Of a stretch of 64,000 bases of DNA, positions 52,329 through 62,075 are shown in pieces. Origin of the DNA: a virus. The notes under the pieces are model-generated. The model searched no databases. It was not told where the DNA came from and saw only the letters and a program-made list of their open reading frames with translations. Within the stretch, counting starts at the first letter, position 1. The number at the start of each line of letters is the position of its first letter. Made by a program: the position numbers and the translations under genes. The DNA lies in IMG/VR virus record IMGVR_UViG_3300017969_000006, positions 35,772 through 99,771 of that record. One strand, 5' to 3'.

Positions 52329-52610
52329 ATGTCGGATTCGCCCGGATGGTGGGTGAATTCTAACGACCATTACTGGAACCTAGATGGGACCCCAGCAAAG
52401 GCAATGCTCATCAAACGGCTACGAGAAAACGTAAAAATCGTCTCACTTATGCCATGGACATCCGATGTTTACGGATGTTACCCATGTGATGTTTACTGGG
52501 TGGACAGAGAAACATGTTGGGTCTGTGGTGACGAGGGTTTGCTCCTCGCCAACGCACAGACCAAAATCAACATGGTGAAGGACGCCCACAGGGGCAACAC
52601 CATCACTTGA
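52329..52610 (+). CDS. Hypothetical Zn-ribbon protein
   Basis: CYPC...CWVC. Confidence 0.5.
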   Translation: MSDSPGWWVNSNDHYWNLDGTPAKAMLIKRLRENVKIVSLMPWTSDVYGCYPCDVYWVDRETCWVCGDEGLLLANAQTKINMVKDAHRGNTIT

Positions 52611-54528
52611 TTGGACATGCGCCCGTAGCGCAGTCATCCATAACGACGTCCTCCGAGAAGATTGACTGCACCAAGGGAACCGAGAAGTCAATCTTTTCCA
52701 ACATCTTCTTGTACTCATCTTCAGTACATTCCTCGTAAGGCGGAAGCGGGAAGTTGTGATCCGAGTGCAGAAGGAACGAGACAGACTTGACACCGTCGGT
52801 GTAATTCTTCGACAGCCACTCACGGATGTCGTCAAGTTCTTCAATTCGATAGTAGACGGTTACGGACACAGCGTTGTCTGCCCAGACGGTCTGCATCTTC
52901 TTAACCCATTCCAACTGGTCAATAGCAGTCATGTCAGCAGCAAGTACTGAACCCTCTGGCGATTCACATGGGAACTCAACAACATAGCGAGTGCGATCTT
53001 CGCGTCCATCGATGCCCACGTCCCACTTGACTGGGTAGCCGCGCCGACGGCAAGCATCAACCAACGGATCTGAAGAGCCAAATCGAACACGACGAATGTA
53101 ATGACGAGCATACGCAGGATGAACACCCGGAGTCACACCCGGTAGCAGAGCCAACGTTCCAGAAGGCTGAACAGTAGTCAGACGAATCGACTTCGGGAAA
53201 CCATGCTCCGCCGAATACTTCTCATCGAGACCTTCCAGATACTCGTACACCGGATCGAGCCACGAAATCTGCTTTTCCGATGCCTGAAGAATGCCCGTCA
53301 CCGACTGACCAAGACGAGCGTTCTTCGAAACGATCTTCGTAGTCTTCTCGTAAGGATATGACAGACGCGTGATCTGCTTCTGAGTCATGTAGAGCAGTTC
53401 TGAAATTTCCCGGAACTGAGCAAGCGACTCGATATTTGGAAGGAAGATCGTCGAAAGGTTGCACGACTCCCCGTCGCCAAGAGCAATTTCAGCACACGGG
53501 TTATAACCCTCAATGCTCGGGTCTGCCTTCTTGTGTCCCAGACGACCAAACTTGCGTGCCAACTTTCGGTTGACAAGACCGTATGGTTCCCCTGAGCCGT
53601 CGTAACCCTTCCACACCTCGGGCACAATTTCTTCCCACGCGTCAGCGTAAATCGAGTTGTTGGAGTTTGCGCGCCATGCGGGCACGTTGCCGGCAGACCA
53701 GTTCTTTGCCCGAAGGAAGAGAACATCATCCGGGTCTCCGATCGCGATTTGAGCGGAACGTCGCGATGAACCAGAAACCACAATACGCCCAATGATGTTG
53801 CAAATGTCGAGGACATCAACGGAACGCAACTTCTTGCCAACGCGAGCATCCATGACCTTGCAGATATCCTCGATGCCGTCGATCAACGCACCCGGACCTG
53901 ATGCCGTGCCACCAAACGTCTTGAGTGGTGCACCGTACTCGCGGATGAGAATCGTTGAATACGAGAACGACTTGCCCGTGTAGAAGTACGACTTCAAAAC
54001 GGAATGAACCAGACGCGACCACCCCTGACGCGAGTCGGGGACAATGATGTCGGCGTCATTCGTCTTCTCATGAGAGATAGCAACACCCGACTTGACCTTT
54101 GGCAACTCGTGAATTTTTGCGCGTTCCACCGAGAACCCGACGCCACCACCGAGCATGAGGTGATCGAACAGGAATTCGAAGTCCTCAACCTTTTCAATGT
54201 TGACGAAGTAACAGTTATTCAGGGAAGCAGCGTTGAACTGCTGAACCAACGGGGTACCCAACTGCCACAACGCACGACCCGAAAATGAACACCGCAAATT
54301 GAACATGTGATCGAACAATGTCTCGGCCTGCTTCTTGGTGTAAGGAACACCGATCTCTCCAGCGCCCTCAATGACTCGAGCGATTGTTTCTGGCCAAGTT
54401 TCAATCGTTCCGTCATCTTTCGGACGGCTGTAGGTACGCAGATAGACAATCTCGCCCATTCCATTAAAGCCCCACGGAGGTGTTTTTTGGGCGTACGAAT
54501 CTAGGAACGACTGTTCAAGCAGGGTCAT
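52603..54528 (-). CDS. nrdJ: Class II (AdoCbl-dependent, monomeric RTPR-type) ribonucleotide reductase
   Basis: YLRTYSR, SGRALWQLG, LNNC, GGGVGFSV, NPCAEI, CNL, TTVQPSGT, C-terminal CATGACPIK. Confidence 0.93.
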   Translation of the reverse strand: MTLLEQSFLDSYAQKTPPWGFNGMGEIVYLRTYSRPKDDGTIETWPETIARVIEGAGEIGVPYTKKQAETLFDHMFNLRCSFSGRALWQLGTPLVQQFNAASLNNCYFVNIEKVEDFEFLFDHLMLGGGVGFSVERAKIHELPKVKSGVAISHEKTNDADIIVPDSRQGWSRLVHSVLKSYFYTGKSFSYSTILIREYGAPLKTFGGTASGPGALIDGIEDICKVMDARVGKKLRSVDVLDICNIIGRIVVSGSSRRSAQIAIGDPDDVLFLRAKNWSAGNVPAWRANSNNSIYADAWEEIVPEVWKGYDGSGEPYGLVNRKLARKFGRLGHKKADPSIEGYNPCAEIALGDGESCNLSTIFLPNIESLAQFREISELLYMTQKQITRLSYPYEKTTKIVSKNARLGQSVTGILQASEKQISWLDPVYEYLEGLDEKYSAEHGFPKSIRLTTVQPSGTLALLPGVTPGVHPAYARHYIRRVRFGSSDPLVDACRRRGYPVKWDVGIDGREDRTRYVVEFPCESPEGSVLAADMTAIDQLEWVKKMQTVWADNAVSVTVYYRIEELDDIREWLSKNYTDGVKSVSFLLHSDHNFPLPPYEECTEDEYKKMLEKIDFSVPLVQSIFSEDVVMDDCATGACPIK

Positions 54529-54618
54529 TTGGGGCCTCTTTCGAAGTATTTTGTGCGGTTATGACGGGTAGTAAATCCCCGTTTGTCGATTGTATCTGAC
54601 CGACAAATACTGAAAGCG

Positions 54619-54939
54619 TTAAGCCAATCCGAGATTTCTTGCTTCTTCGAGAGGAATGTGTTTTCCTGCCGGATATTTAAGGACTTTAGCGACGGTGAAC
54701 GGAGTAATTTTTTTCTCCTCCCACACATCTTCCTCGAGCAGAAAGGTTTGAGACTCAACCAAGGATTCGATCTGGTTGTATCCGGCCACATGTTCTGGTG
54801 GCTGAAGATCTCCTTTGCAGTCACCAGTAGGGTGGCCACATACCGGACATGGCTCCCTGCTTGCAGCAGAAAAGCCAACTTCCAGACCATCAATGCGGAT
54901 CACTCCGTCATTTCGTCCGAAAGAGTTGTATCCGATCAT
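54619..54939 (-). CDS. Hypothetical protein with CPVCGHPTGDC motif
   Basis: ATG 6 nt after TACAAT. Confidence 0.6.
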   Translation of the reverse strand: MIGYNSFGRNDGVIRIDGLEVGFSAASREPCPVCGHPTGDCKGDLQPPEHVAGYNQIESLVESQTFLLEEDVWEEKKITPFTVAKVLKYPAGKHIPLEEARNLGLA

Positions 54940-54963
54940 CCCTTAATTGTACCCCTCATAGCG

Positions 54964-55590
54964 TTAGAACTCTTGGACATTGAAGCCAGCGGCATTCAGC
55001 ATCGTGATTGGATCCTCACCGAGGGTTTCGTCTTCATCCGAACACGGCCCCCTGAGAGTTGCTGCGATCATAGCGGGGATGATTGCCTCGCGCAACACCG
55101 AAGCGGCACCTTGCGTGTATGCGACATTATCTTCCCACCAGATGTGTTCTTTATTAATATAACTATATGGCGCACTTATTAACATTACATTAGGAGAATC
55201 ATCTACGCCGAGTGAAACGTGAGTCACAGTCACGCATTCCCTTACGTTTTTATTGCCATCGGCAAATAATGCGGCAAGATTCTTCCCCGCCGTCATCTCC
55301 GGAGTTTGAGAATGAAATCCTTCGGCCACAAACGTAACCTCGTCACAACCCCAAAAATACCTCATTGCGTGTAAAGCGCCAAGACACATCTCGAATCGTT
55401 CTTGCAAATCCTTCTTCATGAATTCACGAGTTAATTGGACAACAAGAGCAAGTTCGTCTCCTACCCACCCAAAGAAATTGAATGGGATATCCTTACCAAC
55501 ACCCTCATCAGCAATGAGAACTTCTTTCGCGATCTGGGCAGAAGTCAGCGAAAGCGCAACCTTGGAATATATGTCTGGATATTGGTCCAC
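54964..55590 (-). CDS. Hypothetical protein
   Basis: 208-aa ORF with globular composition. Confidence 0.6.
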   Translation of the reverse strand: MDQYPDIYSKVALSLTSAQIAKEVLIADEGVGKDIPFNFFGWVGDELALVVQLTREFMKKDLQERFEMCLGALHAMRYFWGCDEVTFVAEGFHSQTPEMTAGKNLAALFADGNKNVRECVTVTHVSLGVDDSPNVMLISAPYSYINKEHIWWEDNVAYTQGAASVLREAIIPAMIAATLRGPCSDEDETLGEDPITMLNAAGFNVQEF

Positions 55591-55636
55591 GACTGGCTAC
55601 AATAGTCCACGCACGCCAAAATCAAGGGAGAAATCA

Positions 55637-55975
55637 ATGGCAAGCAAGAAACCGGCAAAGAAAACCCCAGCGAAAAAGGCACCCGCCAAGAAAACGGCGC
55701 CAGCCTCAGGAAAGAAGACCGCTGCTGCTAAGAAATCCGCAGCAAAGAAGGCACCTGCAAAGAAAGCACCTGCAAAGAAAGCACCTGCCAATGCAGCACC
55801 GAGGAAGCGCGCTCAGGCAACTGGCCCATACGCTGGGAACAACACTGAAGCAAAACAGTTCACGGAAGCACCAGCACCTGCTCCTGCTCCGGTTGAGACC
55901 ACAGCCGAAAAGATTGATATTGTCGTCGAGAAGCCATCTTGGCGCTCGCGTCTCGTGGCGGTCTTCAAAAAATAA
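55637..55975 (+). CDS. Histone H1-like PAKK-repeat protein
   Basis: ATG 55637 with AGGGAG; KKPAKKTPAKKAPAKK...; 15-bp DNA repeats at 55744-55788. Confidence 0.7.
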   Translation: MASKKPAKKTPAKKAPAKKTAPASGKKTAAAKKSAAKKAPAKKAPAKKAPANAAPRKRAQATGPYAGNNTEAKQFTEAPAPAPAPVETTAEKIDIVVEKPSWRSRLVAVFKK

Positions 55976-55993
55976 CCGCGTAGGGCAGGCCTG

Positions 55994-56671
55994 ATGGCAC
56001 TCGAAGTTCGAGACAATTTCATCAATCCAGAGTTATTCGAAGCAGTTCGCCTCGATGAAGGTTTCTTTCCGCCAGAAATGGAAGGAATCAACATTGGCGA
56101 ATACCTGAACGAATTTCATGACGAAGAATGTGACTGCTACGCCCCATACATGTTTTGGGATGGATGGCATAATTCGCCCGCAGACACAACTCGCAAAAAA
56201 GTAATTCAAGAAATTTGGTCGACCCCGGGCTTGCTCCCATGCGACATTGATGACGTCGTCGGCTTCGAATACTGGACACGAACGTTTCTACCCGGACAAT
56301 TTTTGGCTGTGCACTGCGATGAAGACACGTTCTTGTACCAGAAATCGCAAATATTTCGTGGCCCCATCATCGGATGTGTTTGGTATGGGCCATCCGAAGC
56401 AACAGGCGGATTTCTTGAACTTCACGACAATATCCTCAAAGAAGGAAGAGGCGTTTTAGAACGCAATTTACTTGACCCGATGATGTCACCCATTGAAGAA
56501 CGTGAGCGAATTAAGTACCAGCCGAATCGCCTAGTCGTATTCGACGCCGGTCACCGCCTACATGAAACAACGAAGACACTTTCAGGAAAACGTCAGGTCA
56601 TGGTAATCAATGTTTGGCTCAAAGATAAACCTCCGACTGCTCTAGAGACTGGTGAGTTCTTTTACGAATAA
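55994..56671 (+). CDS. 2OG-Fe(II) oxygenase
   Basis: GFEYW...LAVHCDED...NRLVVFDA...HET...R.VMVIN. Confidence 0.8.
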   Translation: MALEVRDNFINPELFEAVRLDEGFFPPEMEGINIGEYLNEFHDEECDCYAPYMFWDGWHNSPADTTRKKVIQEIWSTPGLLPCDIDDVVGFEYWTRTFLPGQFLAVHCDEDTFLYQKSQIFRGPIIGCVWYGPSEATGGFLELHDNILKEGRGVLERNLLDPMMSPIEERERIKYQPNRLVVFDAGHRLHETTKTLSGKRQVMVINVWLKDKPPTALETGEFFYE

Positions 56672-57314
56672 AAAAATTATGCAACTCGAACGAATATCGC
56701 TTATTGAACTTGGTGTTTGGGTAGGAAAAATTGATGAGGTCAACCCAAAACAAATCTCGTCGGATATCCATAATTACGCTCAAACCATCGATCAGGAATG
56801 CCCTGATTACGGCGTAATTTCGCGCGGGTTCGTTCAATTTGAAGATTTGGTAATGCCGATCACACCGGAAGTTACAAAACTGGAAACAGCCGTAAAAGCG
56901 CGCCTCCATCATCTAACAGGCAGAGACTACGAGATCCACGATATGTGGGCTGTTGACCTCGAATACAATCAGAGTGTCATCGCCCACTCACACCACTCCA
57001 ATCTTCACGTACATCCCCACGAGTACTACAGCGTCACTTATTATCCGCAAGTGCCCGAGGGCTCCGCAGAACTCGTTTTCAACTACGACTACTGCAACAT
57101 GATGAGCGGCACCGCAAGTGTGAAACCGGAAGTCGGAACGTGTGTCATTTTCAACTCATACATCCAACACATGACGTCTCGCAACAAATCCGATACGTCT
57201 CGTCTCGTTGTAAGCATGAACCTCGGGCCCGTTGACCCAACGGTTGACCCAAATGCTGATTGGTCCGTGTACTGGAACAGGCCTGTAATCGAAAATCCCG
57301 AGCCGCATAAATGA
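56652..57314 (+). CDS. 2OG-Fe(II) oxygenase (HxH type)
   Basis: MWAV...AHSH...YSVTYY...PEVG..VIFNSYIQH...RLVVSMN. Confidence 0.8.
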   Translation: MSSFTNKKIMQLERISLIELGVWVGKIDEVNPKQISSDIHNYAQTIDQECPDYGVISRGFVQFEDLVMPITPEVTKLETAVKARLHHLTGRDYEIHDMWAVDLEYNQSVIAHSHHSNLHVHPHEYYSVTYYPQVPEGSAELVFNYDYCNMMSGTASVKPEVGTCVIFNSYIQHMTSRNKSDTSRLVVSMNLGPVDPTVDPNADWSVYWNRPVIENPEPHK

Positions 57315-57727
57315 CAACAGAACATCGCCGCTCACCTCGCAAAAAAGTTACAAACATCGAACGGGTTGGCGCATGGGGAAAAGTGCGGTACCTGCATCAT
57401 CTCGAGTGCGGCCATGTCGAGTCGCGCCCAAGAGCGTCGTCGGCCCCACGCCTCGGCTGTGTGATGTGCTTGCGCATCTCCGAAAAAGAAGCGGAACTCG
57501 AAGATTTACTAATAGTTAACGAGAATCCTGTTGACATTGGACACGATGCAGGCCAAGATGAAATACGACTCGCAAAGACAGCCAGCATCATCGCCAAAAG
57601 ATTCGGTGTGCCAGTCGAAGCAGTCGACATACACGTTGCAATTGGGCCAGAAGGCACACTCGTCTACAACGGTGGACTGGTGTTCCTCTCTGGGGAAGAC
57701 ATATTCCGGTTAGTGGGAGAACGATGA
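57311..57727 (+). CDS. Hypothetical Zn-binding protein
   Basis: LECGH...CVMC. Confidence 0.55.
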   Translation: MTTEHRRSPRKKVTNIERVGAWGKVRYLHHLECGHVESRPRASSAPRLGCVMCLRISEKEAELEDLLIVNENPVDIGHDAGQDEIRLAKTASIIAKRFGVPVEAVDIHVAIGPEGTLVYNGGLVFLSGEDIFRLVGER

Positions 57728-58059
57728 ACAGTAAGGTTGAGCCGGTACCAGCCGGCGCCGGTGCATGCTACGAAATGCCAGTGTCTTGGTGGTTTCCGCA
57801 TTTTGATCCAAGACGAAATGGTTCAATCGCAGTGATGCGACAGAACCGTGAAAAAGCGATCGAAATCTGCAATTCATGCGAATACAAAGAACAGTGTCTT
57901 GAGTGGAGCCTGCATCACGAACCTCTAGGCGTGTGGGGAGGTATGCCAGAATACCCACGAGCGGTTCTTCGAGCGAAGCGTGGTATCGAATGCTCGAACA
58001 ATGCGTTTATCTCTGTTCCCGGAAAAGGGGTACGTAACGTATCTGCGGTGAAAGGCTGA
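57724..58059 (+). CDS. whiB: WhiB-family Fe-S transcription factor
   Basis: AC...WWFP...ICNSCEYKEQCLEW...GVWGG. Confidence 0.9.
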   Translation: MNSKVEPVPAGAGACYEMPVSWWFPHFDPRRNGSIAVMRQNREKAIEICNSCEYKEQCLEWSLHHEPLGVWGGMPEYPRAVLRAKRGIECSNNAFISVPGKGVRNVSAVKG

Positions 58060-59834
58060 TGTATGGCCACACCGAAACTCTCCTGTCGAAACTAGACGGC
58101 GTCGTAAAATCTGCGAACGGATGGGAAGCACGATGCCCATGCCGTCAAGATGACCGCAACCCATCACTTTCCGTTAAAGAAAATTCCGATGGAAAAATCG
58201 TCATGTTCTGTCACAGGAACAACGGATGTGGTGCCGCTGAAATCTGCTCGGCTATCGGTTTGCAACTTTCAGATTTAATGCCACCATCTGACAAGACGCA
58301 AACTGCATCAATCGATTATCCAAAACAGGAACGTCCAAAACTAAAGTTCGTCGCAAAATACGAATACCGCGACGCCGACGGAACCCTGCTTTTTGAGAAA
58401 GTTCGATACACCGAACCCGATGGCAAAAAGACTTTCCGCCAACGCAAGCCCGACGGATCTGGGGGCTGGACATACAGCCTTGGAGACACCCCAAAGGTGT
58501 TATATAACCTGCCCGCCGTCTTAGAGGCAAAAGCAAACGGAGAACCAATCTTTCTCGTGGAAGGAGAGAAAGATGCAGACGCTCTCATCTCAATGGGTGC
58601 TTGTGCCACAACTATGCCCGGAGGGGCAGGTAAATGGCTCGACATACACACTGAGGCTCTCGCTGGAGCAATCGTGGACGTTATCGTCGACAACGACGAG
58701 CCCGGACGCCGACATGCACACCTTGTCGCAGGCATCCTCACTCAAGCCGGTTCGGACGTAGCGATTTGGCGAAGCCAAACTCAAAAAGACATTTACGACC
58801 ACCTGCAAGCGGGTGGGTCAACCACCGACCTCGAACAGATCCCATACGAAACCCTGATCTCTGAGTTTGCTGGCCAAACAATCGAGCCAGAAGAACAGGA
58901 AGAAGACGGTGACGAGCCAGAACTTGTCGAGCACACTCCGCAAGAAAAAGCAATCCTCGACATCGCCCATCTGCTCACGTCAGATAAAAACCCAAAACAC
59001 ATTCTTCTAAAAATCGCTGACATCGCCTTATCACAAGGCCAAGAGTTCTCGCAGCCAGATCCGGGCCGACTGGTGAACTGGGATGACTTCGTCATGGAGG
59101 AAACTGACGATTCGTATGAATGGCTCCTACCCGGACTATTGGAAAAACAAGAACGAGTAATGGTCGTAGCCGCTGAAGGTGTTGGCAAAACCATGCTTGC
59201 CCGTCAAGTGGCGATCTGCTCAGGATACGGAGTTCACCCATTCACTTTTCAACGCATGCCACGTGTACGCACGCTCACCGTTGACCTAGAGAACCCTGAG
59301 CGAATCATCAAACGAACGTCCGACAAAATCGTCGGAGCAGCAAAGTCAATGGGTTACGAACGCAAAGGTGACAACCATCTTGTTATCAAGCCGGACGGCC
59401 TGAACCTGCTATCGGTGCAAGACCGAATGATCTTGGAACAACACATCGAGGCAGTCGAGCCAGAAATCCTAGTAATGGGACCCCTCTACAAAGCATTTCT
59501 CGACCCCGGTACTAAAACTTCTGAAGCGGTTGCAATCGAAGTCGCAAAATATCTCGACCGCATACGGTCAACCTACAACTGTGCGCTCTGGTTGGAACAC
59601 CACGCTCCACTTGGAGCATCACAAACCTCTCGCGAGTTACGTCCGTTTGGATCCGCTGTCTGGTCACGTTGGCCAGAGTTTGGACTCGCGTTACAGCCAG
59701 ACCCCGTTCGCCCTCACGATTTTGTTTACGACGTAAATCATTTCCGTGGTGCTCGAGACCTTCGCGCATGGCCCACGCAAATGACACGCGGCAAGAAGTT
59801 TCCGTTCGAAGTATTGGAGTTTATGAAAGTATGA
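58059..59834 (+). CDS. Primase-helicase (Zn-binding + Toprim + RecA/AAA helicase)
   Basis: CPC...NPSLS...CH, VEGEKDAD, DNDEPG, AAEGVGKT, RPFGS. Confidence 0.9.
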   Translation: MYGHTETLLSKLDGVVKSANGWEARCPCRQDDRNPSLSVKENSDGKIVMFCHRNNGCGAAEICSAIGLQLSDLMPPSDKTQTASIDYPKQERPKLKFVAKYEYRDADGTLLFEKVRYTEPDGKKTFRQRKPDGSGGWTYSLGDTPKVLYNLPAVLEAKANGEPIFLVEGEKDADALISMGACATTMPGGAGKWLDIHTEALAGAIVDVIVDNDEPGRRHAHLVAGILTQAGSDVAIWRSQTQKDIYDHLQAGGSTTDLEQIPYETLISEFAGQTIEPEEQEEDGDEPELVEHTPQEKAILDIAHLLTSDKNPKHILLKIADIALSQGQEFSQPDPGRLVNWDDFVMEETDDSYEWLLPGLLEKQERVMVVAAEGVGKTMLARQVAICSGYGVHPFTFQRMPRVRTLTVDLENPERIIKRTSDKIVGAAKSMGYERKGDNHLVIKPDGLNLLSVQDRMILEQHIEAVEPEILVMGPLYKAFLDPGTKTSEAVAIEVAKYLDRIRSTYNCALWLEHHAPLGASQTSRELRPFGSAVWSRWPEFGLALQPDPVRPHDFVYDVNHFRGARDLRAWPTQMTRGKKFPFEVLEFMKV

Positions 59835-60313
59835 AACTGGTTGATCTACACCCGTGGGAGTATGACCATGCGCTGAGTGTTGCTGCTCGCCGGTGTGCTG
59901 CCAACTGGGGTAAACAAGATGCTCCGCATTACCACCGCAAGAACATGGAGGACGACCGGACTGCTCAAGCAGCGGCTTGCGTCTGCGAGTTGGCTGTCGC
60001 AAAAGCAACGAACCGCTATTGGTCTGGACATGTTTGGCACAAGAGCGAACATCACTTGTATCGGGATCTCGCCGATGTAGGTGAAAACATTGAAGTCCGA
60101 CGTATCCGCACCCGCATGTCTGCCGCTGTAAGGCGACACCAGTTGGGAAAAGGTTTAGTATTATTTGTAGCAAGGCCTGTATTGCCAGAAATGACACAAG
60201 TCGAAATATTTGGCTGGAAAAAATATGACGAGGCATGGGAAATCGGCGAACCGGCCTCATATGACCCCGACAACACCCGCGTAATCGGAGTTGAACATTT
60301 GGAACAATTATGA
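59831..60313 (+). CDS. Hypothetical protein (PD-(D/E)XK-like)
   Basis: ATG 59831 overlaps upstream stop; CELAVAK...ADVGENIEVR. Confidence 0.6.
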   Translation: MKLVDLHPWEYDHALSVAARRCAANWGKQDAPHYHRKNMEDDRTAQAAACVCELAVAKATNRYWSGHVWHKSEHHLYRDLADVGENIEVRRIRTRMSAAVRRHQLGKGLVLFVARPVLPEMTQVEIFGWKKYDEAWEIGEPASYDPDNTRVIGVEHLEQL

Positions 60314-60984
60314 GCGACGACAGTGGAAAAGCCCTATCACGAGAATTCTTAGCCGAACGTGACCTGCGCATCTTCAAAATGAGGCAGGCCGGCGTGACGA
60401 CAACTGAAATTGCGCGACGCTTCAATGTCAGCACATCAGTTGTGTCGAAAGCGGTCGGTCGTCAACTCGAAAAAATGAACCGGGAAGCCATGATGGCTTA
60501 CCCTGAAGTTTTGCGAATGGAACTGGAACGCTTAGATGCGCTACAAGCCGCAATATGGCCGATGACACAACATCGACGAGTGACCCTTGACGATGGGCAA
60601 GAAGTTTCAGTTGAACCTGACATGAAAGCAATTCAGCAGGTGCTGAGCATCATGGATCGTCGCTCAAAACTTCTTGGAATGGACCAGAACAACCTCACCG
60701 TTCAAATGGACATTTCCACAGACACCGCGACCCCGATCCGAGTTTCCATGGCAAGCGAAACCGACACGGGTGCCGCACCAGTCGACGCATTTGACCCTAA
60801 AGAAGAAGCCCGCCAACTACTAGAACTCATGGGCAGATCCGGCGTCCTCCCAGACGCAGAAGTGCAGCAAATGTTAGGAACAGGGACAGAAGAGGAACAA
60901 GACATCGAGGAAGCCGAGATCGTCGAAGTTATCCGAGATGTTGAAGTGCTAGAAAATTACAGAGGCAACGATGAGTCAGATTGA
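60310..60984 (+). CDS. HTH protein, candidate terminase small subunit
   Basis: MRQAGVTTTEIARRFNVS...MELERLDALQAAIWP...AIQQVLSIMDRRSKLLGMD. Confidence 0.6.
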   Translation: MSDDSGKALSREFLAERDLRIFKMRQAGVTTTEIARRFNVSTSVVSKAVGRQLEKMNREAMMAYPEVLRMELERLDALQAAIWPMTQHRRVTLDDGQEVSVEPDMKAIQQVLSIMDRRSKLLGMDQNNLTVQMDISTDTATPIRVSMASETDTGAAPVDAFDPKEEARQLLELMGRSGVLPDAEVQQMLGTGTEEEQDIEEAEIVEVIRDVEVLENYRGNDESD

Positions 60985-61687
60985 CGGACTAGAACAACTT
61001 TACATTTTCCCGAACTTCCTAGACGAGGACGAAATCAACCTCTGGAACAATCGGCTCCGCGCAGAAACATTCTGGAAAGAAATTCCAGCGAGTGACCACG
61101 AACACTCAACTCAAAGAAACCACATTTCCATCGACGGCGACAATATGCGCAACGACCTTTCATTGCTTCAAGACAATGAGGTCCTAGTATCAAAAATCAA
61201 CGCCAAGGTCGAACAAATTTTTGGGGAACATTTTCTCACGCCCACAACCCTTTACTATCGGAAGTGGGTTGCCGGAATGACACAAGGGCTGCACCATGAC
61301 GCATGCTACGAGTATGGGGCAGGTCTAGATTGGCGCACAAACAGCGAAGCAAAAGAATCGGCTTTCCCTATTGCTTTTCACGACGTAGCAACCGTCCTCT
61401 ACTACAACGACGATTTTGAAGGCGGAGAAATCTTTTTCCACCGGCCAAATATCTCATTGAAGCCGGAACGCGGAATGCTCATCATGATGCCATGCACCGA
61501 CAGATACATTCATGGAGTAAATGAGATCACCTCTGGCGAACGATACATTTCCGCCCACTTCTGGACACGTGCAAAAACGATCGCAATGTGTCTGGGTCAC
61601 GATAAAACCCGCATAAATGAATGGATATACAAGTACTCCGACTGTGATAAGGTTGACCGCCTACTCAGTGACATGCGGCGACACTAG
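60971..61687 (+). CDS. Prolyl-4-hydroxylase-like 2OG-Fe(II) oxygenase
   Basis: LHHD...VLYYNDDFEGGE...HGVNEITSGERY. Confidence 0.85.
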   Translation: MSQIDGLEQLYIFPNFLDEDEINLWNNRLRAETFWKEIPASDHEHSTQRNHISIDGDNMRNDLSLLQDNEVLVSKINAKVEQIFGEHFLTPTTLYYRKWVAGMTQGLHHDACYEYGAGLDWRTNSEAKESAFPIAFHDVATVLYYNDDFEGGEIFFHRPNISLKPERGMLIMMPCTDRYIHGVNEITSGERYISAHFWTRAKTIAMCLGHDKTRINEWIYKYSDCDKVDRLLSDMRRH

Positions 61688-61706
61688 AAAGATGTAGTAT
61701 CTAGAC

Positions 61707-62066
61707 ATGAGCGAAGAATCAACAGAAATTGAAATCACCTCCATCGAGGATCTGCCCTCAGTCGACTCCGAACAGTTGGCCGAAGTCACCTCATCTCCAT
61801 CGCATTTCCAATCCGTCCTACTAACCACGAACGAGTGGGGAACATTTGAAGTTCGATGGAACGGCACCACTTTCATCCTCCTTAAGGGCATTGCAACACA
61901 CACCTCTGAAGGAAAACCTCCAATTGTTTCGTACGAGGTTCTCGGACATCAAAACCCCGATGAGGAAGTGGACTATCCGTTCCCGCTTGACCTTTCAGTT
62001 CTCGAGCGAATCGGTCGCGTCCTCATCCACACCGTCAATACCGCTGCAAGCGAGGACGACGAGTAA
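61707..62066 (+). CDS. Hypothetical acidic protein
   Basis: ATG 6 nt after TAGTAT. Confidence 0.55.
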   Translation: MSEESTEIEITSIEDLPSVDSEQLAEVTSSPSHFQSVLLTTNEWGTFEVRWNGTTFILLKGIATHTSEGKPPIVSYEVLGHQNPDEEVDYPFPLDLSVLERIGRVLIHTVNTAASEDDE

Positions 62067-62075
62067 ACTGCCAGT

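Noticed and set aside
54525-55182. Overlapping ORFs 54525..54893 (-) and 54583..55182 (+)
   Set aside because: They conflict with 54619..54939 and 54964..55590, which have better start signals and protein-like composition.
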